DNA of 46,981 nucleotides. Source: Macrostomum lignano (taxonomy: Eukaryota). Where the stretch lies: the NCBI GenBank assembly GCA_002269645.1, contig NIVC01004405.1, positions 1 through 46,981 of the forward strand, written 5' to 3'. The position numbers were made by a program, and so were the translations under genes. The notes under the pieces are model-generated. The model was not told the DNA's origin. It was given only the letters and a program-made list of their open reading frames with translations, and ran no database searches. Shown here one piece after another: positions 21,669-44,154 of this stretch (positions within the stretch are counted from its first letter, which is position 1; each line of letters opens with the position of its first letter).

Positions 21669-23565
21669 TAAAAATATATTTGGTTGAAGTGGAACACAGC
21701 AATAATTTTTATGCATTAGAAACCGGAGCAGCTGTGATTCACACAAGTCCTTCACGTGATGCACCAGATTGCGAACTGTATCTAAAATATGTTTTATTTC
21801 GGCATGTATTCTTTCAAAGATTCGACAAGCCCGAGCATGCAGCGATGGTTACTTGGAAGGGGAAATAAAGCAAAGCGTGGCCTCCCCTCCCTTCCTTAGC
21901 CCTGGGTGGTGATACGGACATGGTATTCACGCTTCATATCACACTCAATCTCGCTCTCACTCACTCCCCCACTCACTGGAGGCCGTCAGTGTAACAAGAA
22001 GCAAGGGACTCGGGTTGGACCTACTTGCATACTACTTTGCGGCAGACGCGAAAGCTAAAGGGATACCCAGCTTTAGACAGGCAGTACGGGAGCGGGAAGA
22101 GGGAGCTCCACTCTACAGCGCGTTGGAAATGCAGTTAATCACGATAGAAGCTGAGAAGAAGCCGGCGAGAGACATTTTGCTCTCGAGCCACCAAACTCAA
22201 ACCCGAGTCCGCCTCCCCCCCCCCCCCGCTACTCAAATAGTTCTCAATCCTCTCGCGCAAGACCTGGCAAGGCCAGGGACTACCAGAGAGACTTATCTGA
22301 ATCGTCTGTCTAGAGCACAAGTTTGAGCACCATCTTATTGCAGATAAAATGTTTCTGTATAATGTGAAGACCTTTCTGCTGAGGTCGTTGCGGAGGCCGG
22401 TCCGTGTGGGCCCGTGTTGAGTTGAGCGAGTTAAATAAGTCTGGAAGCTCACCAGGAAATATTTTACTATGCATTGAAAAAAAGAGATTTGCTTCCATAA
22501 ATTTTATAAACATAAACCAACTCTAACAATATTTCGCACGTTACATTGCATTATAACAAAATAAGGTAAGCCCCGAGCCCTCCAGAATTCCAGTTTAAGA
22601 TGTCCATGCCTGAGCTGCTCCAGCTTCCGTGCCCTTGTCCATCCATCCATCCATCTGAGGCTGAGAGCCTCATCGAATCTACTTCCATCCCTCACTCACT
22701 CGCTCTCTCCCTCATCTAAAGCGGTTTTTTACAGACTCTCAATATACATTACCTTACAGCGGCTCCTTGAGGAACTTCGGCTCTTCCCAGTAAAGTAGGT
22801 TGGGAGCAAAATTGCTCTTTAAAATACATCCAGGACGGAAGAGGATGGCTATCCAATGCGGGATCCAATGGTCTCTCTTCAATGCAGGAGTCCTGCGCCG
22901 GTGTAGCGAGAAAAAGCAGCAACTTCGGAGAGCTTCAAGCATTCTATTGCTTTGTAAAGTTTGGTTCGGTTTGAGTAGTCAGAACGCCCCCTCATCCGGA
23001 CCGTAAATCACTGGAGAGTAGAGATACCGGTGCGCTCGCTTATCAGCCCGCTCTTCTTCGACCTTGGAGAATGCAATCAATAATGTCTGGCAATCAATTA
23101 TCAGAACTTGGTCAGAACTTTCAGACACTCGCCGAACTCGCTTGATTTTCTCCCACCCAGCCCCCTCCCGCCGACGGCAATCAGCGCAGTTGAAGAAGTC
23201 CGACTTGAAGAATTCGATTGCCGCACTGCGGACTGCCCGCCATCTTCCATCTTGTGCCGCAAAGAGAAATCAATTTACCTCACCTCAGCCTATTCTGTCA
23301 GTTTCTGTCCACCCCTTTGCTTCGATTATCAAATAACTGTTTCGTTTCGTGTCGACAGCTTTGTAGAGCCAGTGGAAAGCACACATTCATTTGGAAAGAA
23401 AGAAAATACGAAAAAAATTAGAAATACAGTTCGCTCATATTCGAAGAAGTATTTATTCCGCAATCATTTTCGGAATAGGCCCTAGTTACAATATATGACC
23501 AATAAAGGCTTCTACTATAATAAATTATTAATTGATAACAACTGTTTAAAAAACAAAAGTCTCAG

Positions 23566-34225
<10,660 letters not shown>

Positions 34226-34551
34226 ATTGAAAATCTTTCCTGTCAATCCGCCAACATAAATCAGTCTGACATGCAAAGCGTAATTTGCTAAAAGCTCGAG
34301 TTTTACAAGCCAGAAAGGCATCGGTTTGAGAGTTCAGCCATAGACATAACTCTACTGAATGACAGGCTCAGGAGCTGTAAGTCCAAAAGCACTTTTGTGT
34401 GGTTTTCAAGCATTTGAGGCTTTTTCCATAGAAGTTGATTAATATGAATAAGTAAATTGAGGTCTCGGTAAGCTCGGCAAGTATCTAGGTGTGCCTAAAT
34501 GCTCAGTAACTTAAGCTAAATGTACTTTTTCGTAGCTTCTGCTGTGTTCTC

Positions 34552-34875
<324 letters not shown>

Positions 34876-35063
34876 GCATCGTTTTTGTGCTGATGTGTAT
34901 GGCCGAACTGTCAATTTGGTTGCCTTTTTCAATCTATTTATATCTATGTCTATGTGCAAGACCAAGTATACTGATGACAAATAGGAACTTTTGGTTTTGG
35001 TTACAGCAGTACTGTAGACTAAGGCAGAGAGGTACGACTGAGAGTTGACGAAGCCTCTTGGCG

Positions 35064-35069
35064 TTTATT
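35064..35069 (-). terminator. polyadenylation signal of the GT7 gene
   Basis: AATAAA on the minus strand ~200 nt after the stop. Confidence 0.55.
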
Positions 35070-35267
35070 AGATCGATACGCAGGTTAAATACGATTCAAC
35101 GATTGTTACATAGCAGGGTATAAAAGATAGAGACAGGGGTGGGTGAAAAAACTGAAAAGCACGTACATGCTGTACAATAGCAACCCCAACCCCGCTCTAG
35201 CGACTGGCGCATACAAGTACACTTGCAACTCACTACAGTACTACCGTCAACTGGCCTTCAATAGTAA

Positions 35268-35436
35268 TTATAAGTCGGCCCGAATAAGTACAAACAGGTT
35301 GTGCAGGTAAATGCCTTTATCCGTGTAGTTCAAACTGTTCAGCCCATCCTTGTTCATAACGGCTCTGACCCGGCTCCAGTGAGGCCAGGGCATTGTGTTA
35401 GTAATCACGTCGCTCGAATGCTTCAGATTAACGAAC
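35268..35436 (-). CDS. GT7 glycosyltransferase exon 3 (terminal)
   Basis: RFVNLKH...DGLNSLNY...LFVLIRADL*, matching the B4GALT C-terminus. Confidence 0.88.
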
Positions 35437-35516
35437 CTGAAATGTTCGCGAGTTTATAGTGAAATGATAGTCATAGCTAAACGGGACATCTTGTCTTAAA
35501 TTCATCGGTCTCCTAC

Positions 35517-35806
35517 CTGGCCACGTGGCCTCTAGGGTAGAAAATTCGCATCCCGCGGAGCCCCAGCCGAGAGGCCAGCTCGTCGTCCTCCCTGCCCCAT
35601 CCGTAGTACCGGTTTGAGTTGCCATTGACTCTCTCGAACGCCTGCTTGCTGATTGCCGCCGAGCCGCCAAGGAAATTGTTGTACATCCGGCCTCGATGGT
35701 ACTTCTGGGTGGCGTCCCCCTCCTGACGCATAGCCGAGATCATCAGCTTCGGCGAACGGACGCAGTCGTAGATGTTGCCGACATTCTCAGGCACTTTGTC
35801 TGCGTC
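35517..35806 (-). CDS. GT7 glycosyltransferase exon 2 (catalytic core)
   Basis: DxD as (H)DAD; FLGG; NGNSNRYYGWGREDDE. Confidence 0.92.
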
Positions 35807-35977
35807 CTGATCGAGGGAGCGGGTTTTTGATATCATATCAAGTCAGGCTGTCTGGGTGGTTAGATACAAATTATTTGTCAGTCAGATGTTCCACTAAAAT
35901 AGATGCACATTATAAAGAAACAAATCTCAATGTACATTCACATTTAAGCTACACAACAGATCAGTCAGGTGTAAAGG

Positions 35978-36280
35978 AAGGGTTTTGTAGCCTAGAGGTT
36001 AGAGCATCGGACTCACGACTTGAAGGTCGGGGGTTCGATTCCCGATCCAATTGAAACAATCTGTTTCCTTGAGCAAAGATACTTAACTCTGAATTGTTTC
36101 AGTTCACCCAGCTGTATGATGGGCTGGTGTAATTGAGGGTGTATGTGGCGACCCCCCAGTCCTTGGACTCAACAGCCGTACGCAGCCTTCAGATGCGCCC
36201 CGCTATAGCTGCGGCTGAGCTGTCGGTTGCACACCTGGCCCAACTGAGCAGGTGTAATCAATTATTATTACTATTATTAG
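35978..36280 (+). mobile_element. tRNA-derived SINE family B
   Basis: A box TAGCCTAGAGG, B box GGTTCGATTCC, central CCTTGAGCAAAGATACTTAAC, (ATT)n-like tail. Confidence 0.85.
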
Positions 36281-36503
36281 TTCAAGCATCTTGACGATTA
36301 TTTTTCACATGCATGCATTTTCAAATAGTCAATAAAAACCCCTTCCACTTGGGTCATTTAGATGTTAGGCCTACTGTAGACAAGTACAAAACAAAGCACA
36401 TTCTGGTTTTGACTTTGTGATTTTTGCAGTGTCCAAAAAGCCCTCCTTACGAGCTAATTAACTAGAATGATACGAAGCCACGGATTCATAAAGATCTACT
36501 TAC

Positions 36504-37286
36504 GTGCAGCACGAAGCAGTCAAACTTGGCAAACTGTTGGGCCACTCGGAAGCCAACGTTGAGCAGTTTGGCGCGGTTGAACAGCTTCGTATTCGCCTGC
36601 TCAATCACGAAGATGCCGTAGGCGATGTTCTGCTGCTGCAGCAGGGTCTGCATATAGGGCACGAACTTGTCGAGATTCTCGCTTCGGTTCCGGTACGGCA
36701 CCAGGACGGCGGTTTTCGACAGCGGCGGCCAGCAGCTCCTGGGCGACCAGAAGCCGCCTCGGTAAGTCGGTCGAGCAAACGGAAAGCTGGAGGTCGGCTG
36801 GTTCAACAGGTGGGCCAGGTTCTTGTCTGGCGGACGGCGGCAGGCAGACAGATTCTTTGCGGTGTTGTTTGGCGCGTTTAGAAGATTTGGAGCAACCGCG
36901 GCTGGCGATTCGGTCAGCTTGGTGAGATGTCGGTAAAGCTGCGGGTAGACCATCTGGAATCGCTTCCAACCAGTCGAGTTGCCTGACTTTGAGCTCGGCA
37001 CCAGCATAGCGGCCAATTCGTTGAAGGGATCAAATCGGAGCCCTGTTGAGGTCGTCGGTCGAAGATTCTTCCTCCACGAGTTGTCTCGACGATTTGTATC
37101 GTTAAAATCACCACCGCTGTAGCTATTGACGAGCCGGAACGGCAGCCAGGCAATTTCCTGACTCAGTTTGCGACCCCTGACGGAGCCGGTCTGACCAGCT
37201 GTCATCAGCAAGACGAAGGTCAGGCACAGAGCGCACAAACCGATGATGACGCTCTGCTTGCGAGTCAGGGCGCGAGACTCCGTCAT
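36504..37286 (-). CDS. beta-1,4-galactosyltransferase-family (GT7) type-II Golgi enzyme, exon 1 (413 aa in total)
   Basis: N-terminal TM SVIIGLCALCLTFVLLM, stem region, AVLVPYRNR and FNRAKLLNVGF motifs; phase-0 donor GTAAGT. Confidence 0.92.
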
Positions 37287-38455
37287 TGTGCTTGCTGCGA
37301 TGGGCCTTCTCTATAGCTGTCTGCATGCATCTGTCTCCATGCCGCTGAGCAATAGACTGCTTTGCATCCTATGCAAGTTGAGCAGGCAACTGGATCGCTC
37401 CTACATCTGTGCTAGGATTATAAGCCATCAACGAGGCTTATATCGTTACTTACGTGCCGGTTTTATACTTGCTTGGCAGGGGCAGAGCCAGCCCACACTT
37501 TGTTTGCTGTCCCAACAATCCAACCCCGTCCTCACCTGAGCCGTGTGCGACGATGCAAAACAAAATGGGGAAAAGCCGCGCCTGAGGGAGGGGGTGGAGA
37601 GGACGCGAGTCCCGCATCCTGCTGTCCTAAATTGTGGGACACTCTCTGCTGCTCAGGCTCTTTCATTTTCTCTGCCCGCCCCTCGCCCTCACTCTCTTCC
37701 CTGGATCTGTTTTGTTTAAGGAGCCAATGTACGCAGGTCGCGTCCACAGGCTGCCCGAGATGGGAGGGGACGGAAGGATCTGAGCCAGAATGGGAAAAAA
37801 GCGATATGGCAGATTATTAATGCTAATTGCGCACCACCCACTCGGCAAAATATCGGGCTGAATGCATTGCAGCTAGCAGGATCTTGAGTGCCTTCAAGGG
37901 CCTCTTGCGGTGCAGCCTCTCGCATATAGTCGTTTTGGTTCTCTTGACAATAATCATTCCATCGTTGACTGCAGTTCGTGAGAAATTCTTCCATGTCGAG
38001 AGACAATTATTGGGTAGGCTCGATTTTTATAAATTTATGCCGGCGCTATTAATTTCAGGCTTTTTATCTGGATTTCTTGCTGCAAGTCAAGGCTTGTTGT
38101 TCTGCGAATGCTTGCCGAACTATTGTGGCCATGGCAACTTCGGCCCAGCTGGAAAAAACTCACGCCTGTCAGTCAGGCAGTGTTCTACATCCTACTTTGC
38201 TGTCGATTGTAGAGAGAGCATTTCTCTTCTCTCCTCTCCATACCTCCAGCCTCCTTTCTGCAGGCAGCCTCCTCTCGTCCAACTCCAACTTTGACTGCAT
38301 CCAAATTCTGGCAAAACAGCTGGCTGAACTGATGTTCTGAGCCTACCGTAGAGCAAGATCATTCCCTACCCCAAGGACTGCTCAACTTGAGGGACGGGAA
38401 AGTAAGTAACTTGAAAAAATTTAGGAGGCAGGTTTAACGGGAAAAATTACGTTAA

Positions 38456-39901
38456 CAGTAGAAAGACCACGCTATTTTTCCCCCTGGGGAAAGACCACGG
38501 GGGGTGTATTAAAAATGCACACAACCCATTTCACGATAGCTCGCAAACCGAATTACCGATTTTCGCAAAAGTCCGTCATATTTATCAAAATTTTCCGCCC
38601 TTTCTGACTAACTAACTTTCAATGTCATCCGACGTCGGCATCGTCGAGATATTCAACGATTCTTGTCGAAGACACTGGTGGCAAGGACAACCAACACTAC
38701 ACTGTATAAACCTTTATGGTGAATCCATATTGGCTCAATAATCTGGGTCTATCTGTCGTAGACGCCTTTGTTCTCAGAATTCCAGGCATCAGGGTCCCCT
38801 TCATCACCGTCTGGAGCATCGGCGGCGACCGTCGAGACCTTCAACAAAAGCACCCGATCGGCATCTCAGAGACGGCTGCGTTCCCAAAACTGAAATTGAA
38901 GAATCCTCTTTTGCATGCAGCATTCCGTCAATAGAGATAATCGGTGAATGAAATGGACGATAGCGACCCTCTAGACTGACCTGTAGACATACAAGCGACC
39001 TTCGGGTCGTTCAACGGAGTGCCACCACGCGGCCCCGACGAGCTGACACCGTCAATGCCAACATCCTGCTTTTTTATCAAGGCACCAAACCAGGCATGTC
39101 TGCATATCTGCATATTATACAATGGTCCTGCATCATTTTCACCATTCAGCTCTATCCGGACGACCTTCGGGACCTTCAACGGAGTGCCACCACGCGGACC
39201 TGACGCGCTGGCACCCCAAACATCGTGATTTTTCTATCAAGGCACCAAACCAGATATGTTTGCATATTATACAATGCTTTTGCACCATATTAAGTTGAAG
39301 AGTTACAGACCACGATGTTGGGGGTGCCAGCTCGTCAGGGCAGCGTGGTGGCACTCCGTTGAACGACCCGAAGGTCGCTTGTATGTCTACAGGTCAGTCT
39401 AGAGGGTCGCCATCGTCCATATCTTTCACCGATTGTGTCTACTGACGGAATGCTGCATGCAGAAGAGGATTCTTCCATTTCAGTTTTGGGAACGCAACCG
39501 TCTCTGAAATTCCGATCGGGTGCTTTTGTTGAAGGTCCCGACGGTCGCCGCCGATGCTCCAGACGGTGTTGAATGGGACCCTGGTGTCTGGGATGCTGAG
39601 AAGAAAGGCCTCTACGACTGATATGCATAGTTTGTTGAGTCGACGTGGTTTCATGATGAGATTTTGTGAGCAGAAAAATTTTGCCAATGTTGGTGGATTT
39701 TGCCACCAGACACCCCGTGGAAAATCGTTGAATATCTCGACGATGCCGATTTTTCGTGATTCTCGAAGTTGCTTCATCGAATAGAGCAGAAAATTTTAGC
39801 CCGTGTTCTGGATTTTCATGGCAATTGGTTTAATATTTTTGGAGATCCAGACAAAAGAAAGAATGTGTGTATTTGAAATACACCCCATGGTCTTTCTACT
39901 G
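38456..39901. mobile_element. TTAA-flanked foldback DNA transposon with long imperfect TIRs
   Basis: TTAA|CAGTAGAAAGACCA ... TGGTCTTTCTACTG|TTAA. Long inverted arms (38630-39040 versus 39340-39760) include a near-perfect ~60-bp block; internal ~165-bp tandem subrepeat. Confidence 0.85.
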
Positions 39902-40467
39902 TTAAGAATCTTAGTTTTCTAAACAAAAAGCTTTATGATTATCAGCAGAGCCATCAGAAAGGCAAGTCATATCAAAATATGGACATAGGGTCTGCCTCCT
40001 ATCAAAGGTAAAAACAATTTTGATGCAGAAAAAATGCAAACCTCAGGTCTCCTTATTGTCTTTCTTCGCTGAATCTGCCTCCTAAAATAGCTTAAAAACT
40101 TGAATAGATAAAATAGAGATACAGAAGGCGCATTGATTTACACAAAGATCTTCCAACTATAAAAAAAGATGTAGCAAAAATGTGCTTTTCTAAATGTATA
40201 TTCACCCCTGTTACTTACACTAGACAGTAGTCTGAGGTAGGTCTTAAATTAATTTTTTGTTTTCTTGAGATGTTTTAGGAAAAAATAATATTTTAAAAGA
40301 GAAACCGACAAAATGAGATATTTTGAAAACTCAAGGATGTACGTACTTGCTTTTCTAATGTGAGCAATGCAACTCAATCAGAGTGTTGCGTAATAAAATT
40401 TCGATCGTCAGACTTGTTCACAGTTTTTATCGTTCTTATTGGTTTGGTCAAAAATGGCGCCAAGGCC

Positions 40468-43400
40468 TCAGGCTGGCGCGGTGGCGCCGGTCCCGCTGCC
40501 GGCCGCTTTGCACAGCGTGAGAACAGCACCGATGGCCAGCGACAGCGCGGCGGCCGAGCACACGACAGCGCCGAGGCCGACGAGCTTGCGGAAGCTGGAC
40601 AACTGGCTGATGTCTGCGCCAGCAGCGCCTTTGCTTTTGAGTATTGCAATGATGCGCTCGCAGCCAGCTATGCGGCAGGTGACGTTCTCCAGACCGCTTC
40701 CCGGACACGTGACTGATTCGGCGGCTGACGGAGCTGGACAGTTGCACAGGCGCTGGCGGTACATGAAGCCGCTGTTGAACGGCCCGGCTGTGAAATTGCC
40801 CCAAGGACACCAGGCTGCTGGAGCAGAACTCGTTGATGCAGCGCCGGTGGTGGACGCTGGGGTCGTGGTGGCGCAGGCGGTTGCATTGCACGGATAGTGC
40901 TCGACTGAGACGCCCGAGCAGGCGACTCCGATGTCATTGGGTGCGGAACAGTTGCACTGTCGGGTGCGCGACACCGCACCATAGGTGTATACGAGTTCAG
41001 ACCAGGCGCACCAACTGCCATTTACCTGAGCCAGCCAATCTGTCGTGTTACCTTGACACGTCTCTCCCAGTACTGACGCGGGTGGGCACTCGCAGGTTCG
41101 ATTCCGGACGCCCCAGCCGCCTTCGACGGTGTAGTTGCTCCAGGCGCACCAGCTACCGTTGACAATCTGGCGCGTGTCCACAGCCGAGCCGGGGCAGACA
41201 GTTGAACCTCCAAAGTCGCCGCCAGTCGGACAGCTGCAGTTTCGCTGTCGGGTCTCGTTGCCAGACCCGTCGGCTGCGTAGGCGGACCAGGCGCACCAGG
41301 TCGCGTTTATAGAGAGGCCAGACTCGGTCGAGTTTCCCGAGCAGACAGCTGAGCCTCCGTGGGCTGGCACAGCAGGACAGGCGCAGCTGCGGTTCCGCGT
41401 GCCAACGCCGGTGGCAGGGTCGACAATGTAGCTGGACCAGGCGCACCAGGCTGCGTCCTGCTTCAATCCGGTGTCGTTTCCACTTCCGGAACAGTCGGTG
41501 CCCCCGAAGGCCACAGCCGGACAGTTGCACGCCCGAGTTCGTGTACCGTAGTCTCCTCCAGGTGACAGGGTGTAGCTACTCCAGGCACACCAACTACCAT
41601 TAATCACCACCTGAGTCTCATTGGCAGCTCCGATGCAGTCGGCACCGCCGTATGCCGGGGCGGAGCAGTTGCAACTTCTCGCTCTGGTACTATTAGCGCC
41701 AGACACTATGTAGGGTCCCCATGGACACCAGGTGCCGTTAACTACCCTCTGAGTCTCACTAGCATTGCCTGGACAGGGTTGGCCGCCGAACGCGGGCGCT
41801 GAGCAGTTGCAAAGTCGCGAACGGTTGCTAAACTCCCCGTTGACTTGATAAGCGCTCCATGCGCACCAGCTGCCGTCCACTGCGGAGCCCGATTCGGTTG
41901 CCGAACCAACACAGTCCACGCCGCCGTACTCAGCTGCACTGCAGTTGCACTGACGCGTTCTCGTCCCGACGCCACCAGCCACAGAGAAGGCACTCCAGCC
42001 ACACCAGCTGCCATTGATGACTGTGCCAGAGTCGGTTGCTGGTCCTGCACAGTCGACACCGCCGTACGCTGGTTTGCTGCAGTTGCATTGTCGTGTTCTT
42101 GTTCCAACCCCTCCTGTCACTGAATAGGCGCTCCATCCGCACCAGGTACCATTAACGACCGTACCAGAGTCAGTGCCAGAACCGGGACAATCAACTCCGC
42201 CGTACGATGGTGAGCTACAGTTGCACTGACGAGTTCTAGTCCCGATGCCGCTGGACACTGCGAATGCACCCCAATCGCACCAGGTGCCGTTCACTGCCGT
42301 ACCGGAATCGCTAGCGGAGCCGACGCAGTCGTTGCCGCCGTACGCCGGAGCGCTGCAGTTGCACTGTCGCGTTCTAGTTCCAACTCCAGAAATCACAGAG
42401 AACGGGCTCCAACCGCACCAGCTGCCGTTAACGACAGCTCCTGAGTCGATGGCAGACCCGGCAGTCTGTACCGCCATACGCTGGAGCGCTGCAGTTGCAC
42501 TGACGTGTCCTAGTGCCGACGCCTGAAGCCATGGAGAAGGCGCTCCATCCGCACCAGCTACCATTTGTTACCAAACCCGTGTCATTTCCGCTGCCAGGAC
42601 AGTCCAATCCGCTGTTTGCCGGTGCCGGGCAAGCGCAGGCGCGAGTCCGGGTGGCAAAACCTCCGCCTGCCGGTGCGTAGGCAGACCACGGGCACCAAGT
42701 CCCGTTGACTACTGCCCGCCATTCGGTGCTGTTTCCCTCGCATGTTGTGCCGTTGCCAGCAACGCTCGGACAGCTACAGTTCCGTTCGCGCATCTGCCAC
42801 TCGCTGCTCACTGTACTCCAGTCGGTCCAGTTGCACCAGCCGCCGTTGATGTCTAGCTGGTCGCATACGTTCAAATTGGACTTCTCCAGATCGGAGATCT
42901 CTTCGAATAGCCATACAGTAGGAGTGCTTGATTGCAGAGTGAGCACAGAGTAGCCGCTGACAGTGCTTGGCGCCAGGAAGTATCCGGCAGTATCGTTGAA
43001 CGAAGATTTTATTGTGTACAGTCCACTGCCGCCACTGCCACCGGCTGAGTCAACAATCCAAAATTCGCGTTCTTTTGTTATGTTCTCAAAAGTGGCGTCT
43101 GCAACATCGGAGGACCAAGCGTCAGCCGGGGTGTAGCATGGCACAACGCTTCTGAAGATGAAGAAACCGTTAGGCTGAGGCATGGCCTCCCACATGACTG
43201 CGGCTTCGGTGCTTGGAGCGGTCAGAGCCAGTCGTCGCGAACCGTAAGCTGCCAGTGGAGCTGTGGAATTCGCCGCGGCAATGCTAGCGTTACAAAAACT
43301 TCCGCCGCTGCCGCAGCCAGTCTGCAGGTAGATCCTGTAAAAGCCCCAACGTAGCGCGAGTGTCTTGATGCCAACGTAGCTTCTGTAGTAGGGGCAGAAT

Positions 43401-44154
43401 CGGATGCGCTTATTGGGCTGGTAGTAGCGCTCTGTACTGCACCAGATCAGGTACCAGGGAAAGCCGGCCCCACTGGTGCAGTCGTCGTAACACTTTCCAT
43501 TATAGTAGAATGGAAAAGTACAGTTAGCATAAGGATCAGCCTGGGTGTATATGACGGAATAGCTGCTCAGCTGCGGCGTGATGTAGGCCGGCTCTGATGC
43601 GTTAAGCCGGGCGCAGCTCTGCGATGCCGCACCAGAAATTGTATAAGCGCAGTATTTGAAGTTGTTATCGATGATAGCGCTCTCTGCAGTGGTGGCGCAC
43701 CACGGCTCAGTTGTAGTGGTCAGGCAGTCATAGTGACACTTGCCGTTATACAGAAACGGGAACACACACTTGGTCCCGGAGCCGAGGCCAGCGTAGAGTA
43801 CAGACGGCTCGGAACTCTGAGCCGCGGTTGCCAGACCGGAACAGTTTTCCTGCGTCAGGTTCGCCAGCCGATAGTTGCAGTATCGCCACAGGGTGCTGCT
43901 GGCGCCGTAGTCGCAGGAGGTCGCGCACCAGAAGCGGCACTGGCCGCTCGAGCAATACTCGGTGCAATCGTTGTAAGTGTTGGAGCCGTCCGCAAATGGG
44001 AAATAGCAGACGCTGCCTGAGCCGCCCCCAGTGGTAGAGATGTGACTCTGCTGTCTGAAGTTGAGTTGGGGGGATTGCAGCTGAGCGCTAGGGAAATCTG
44101 AATCAGCAGCAAGAGAAGCAGGGGCAGCAGACGCTGTCCAACTGTCAGGATCAT
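40468..44154 (-). pseudogene. intronless type-I membrane protein gene: signal peptide, 3x FN2, probable beta-trefoil, 15x short TSP1-like repeats, TM; two frameshifts (pseudogene or assembly error), ~1228 aa if repaired
   Basis: ATG 44154 with hydrophobic leader; FN2 motifs CYFPF/CVFPF/CTFPF...WC; WCxW...RxRxCxC repeats; TM LVGLGAVVCSAAALSLAIGAVLTLC; TGA at 40470-40468; frame breaks at ~44038 and ~42460. Confidence 0.8.

Noticed and set aside
22015-22326. 103-aa plus-strand ORF
   Set aside because: TTG start, no family similarity; probably a repeat fragment.
37716-38340. ORFs of 87-155 aa upstream of the GT7 gene
   Set aside because: No recognisable domain or consistent splice signals; possibly decayed transposon sequence.
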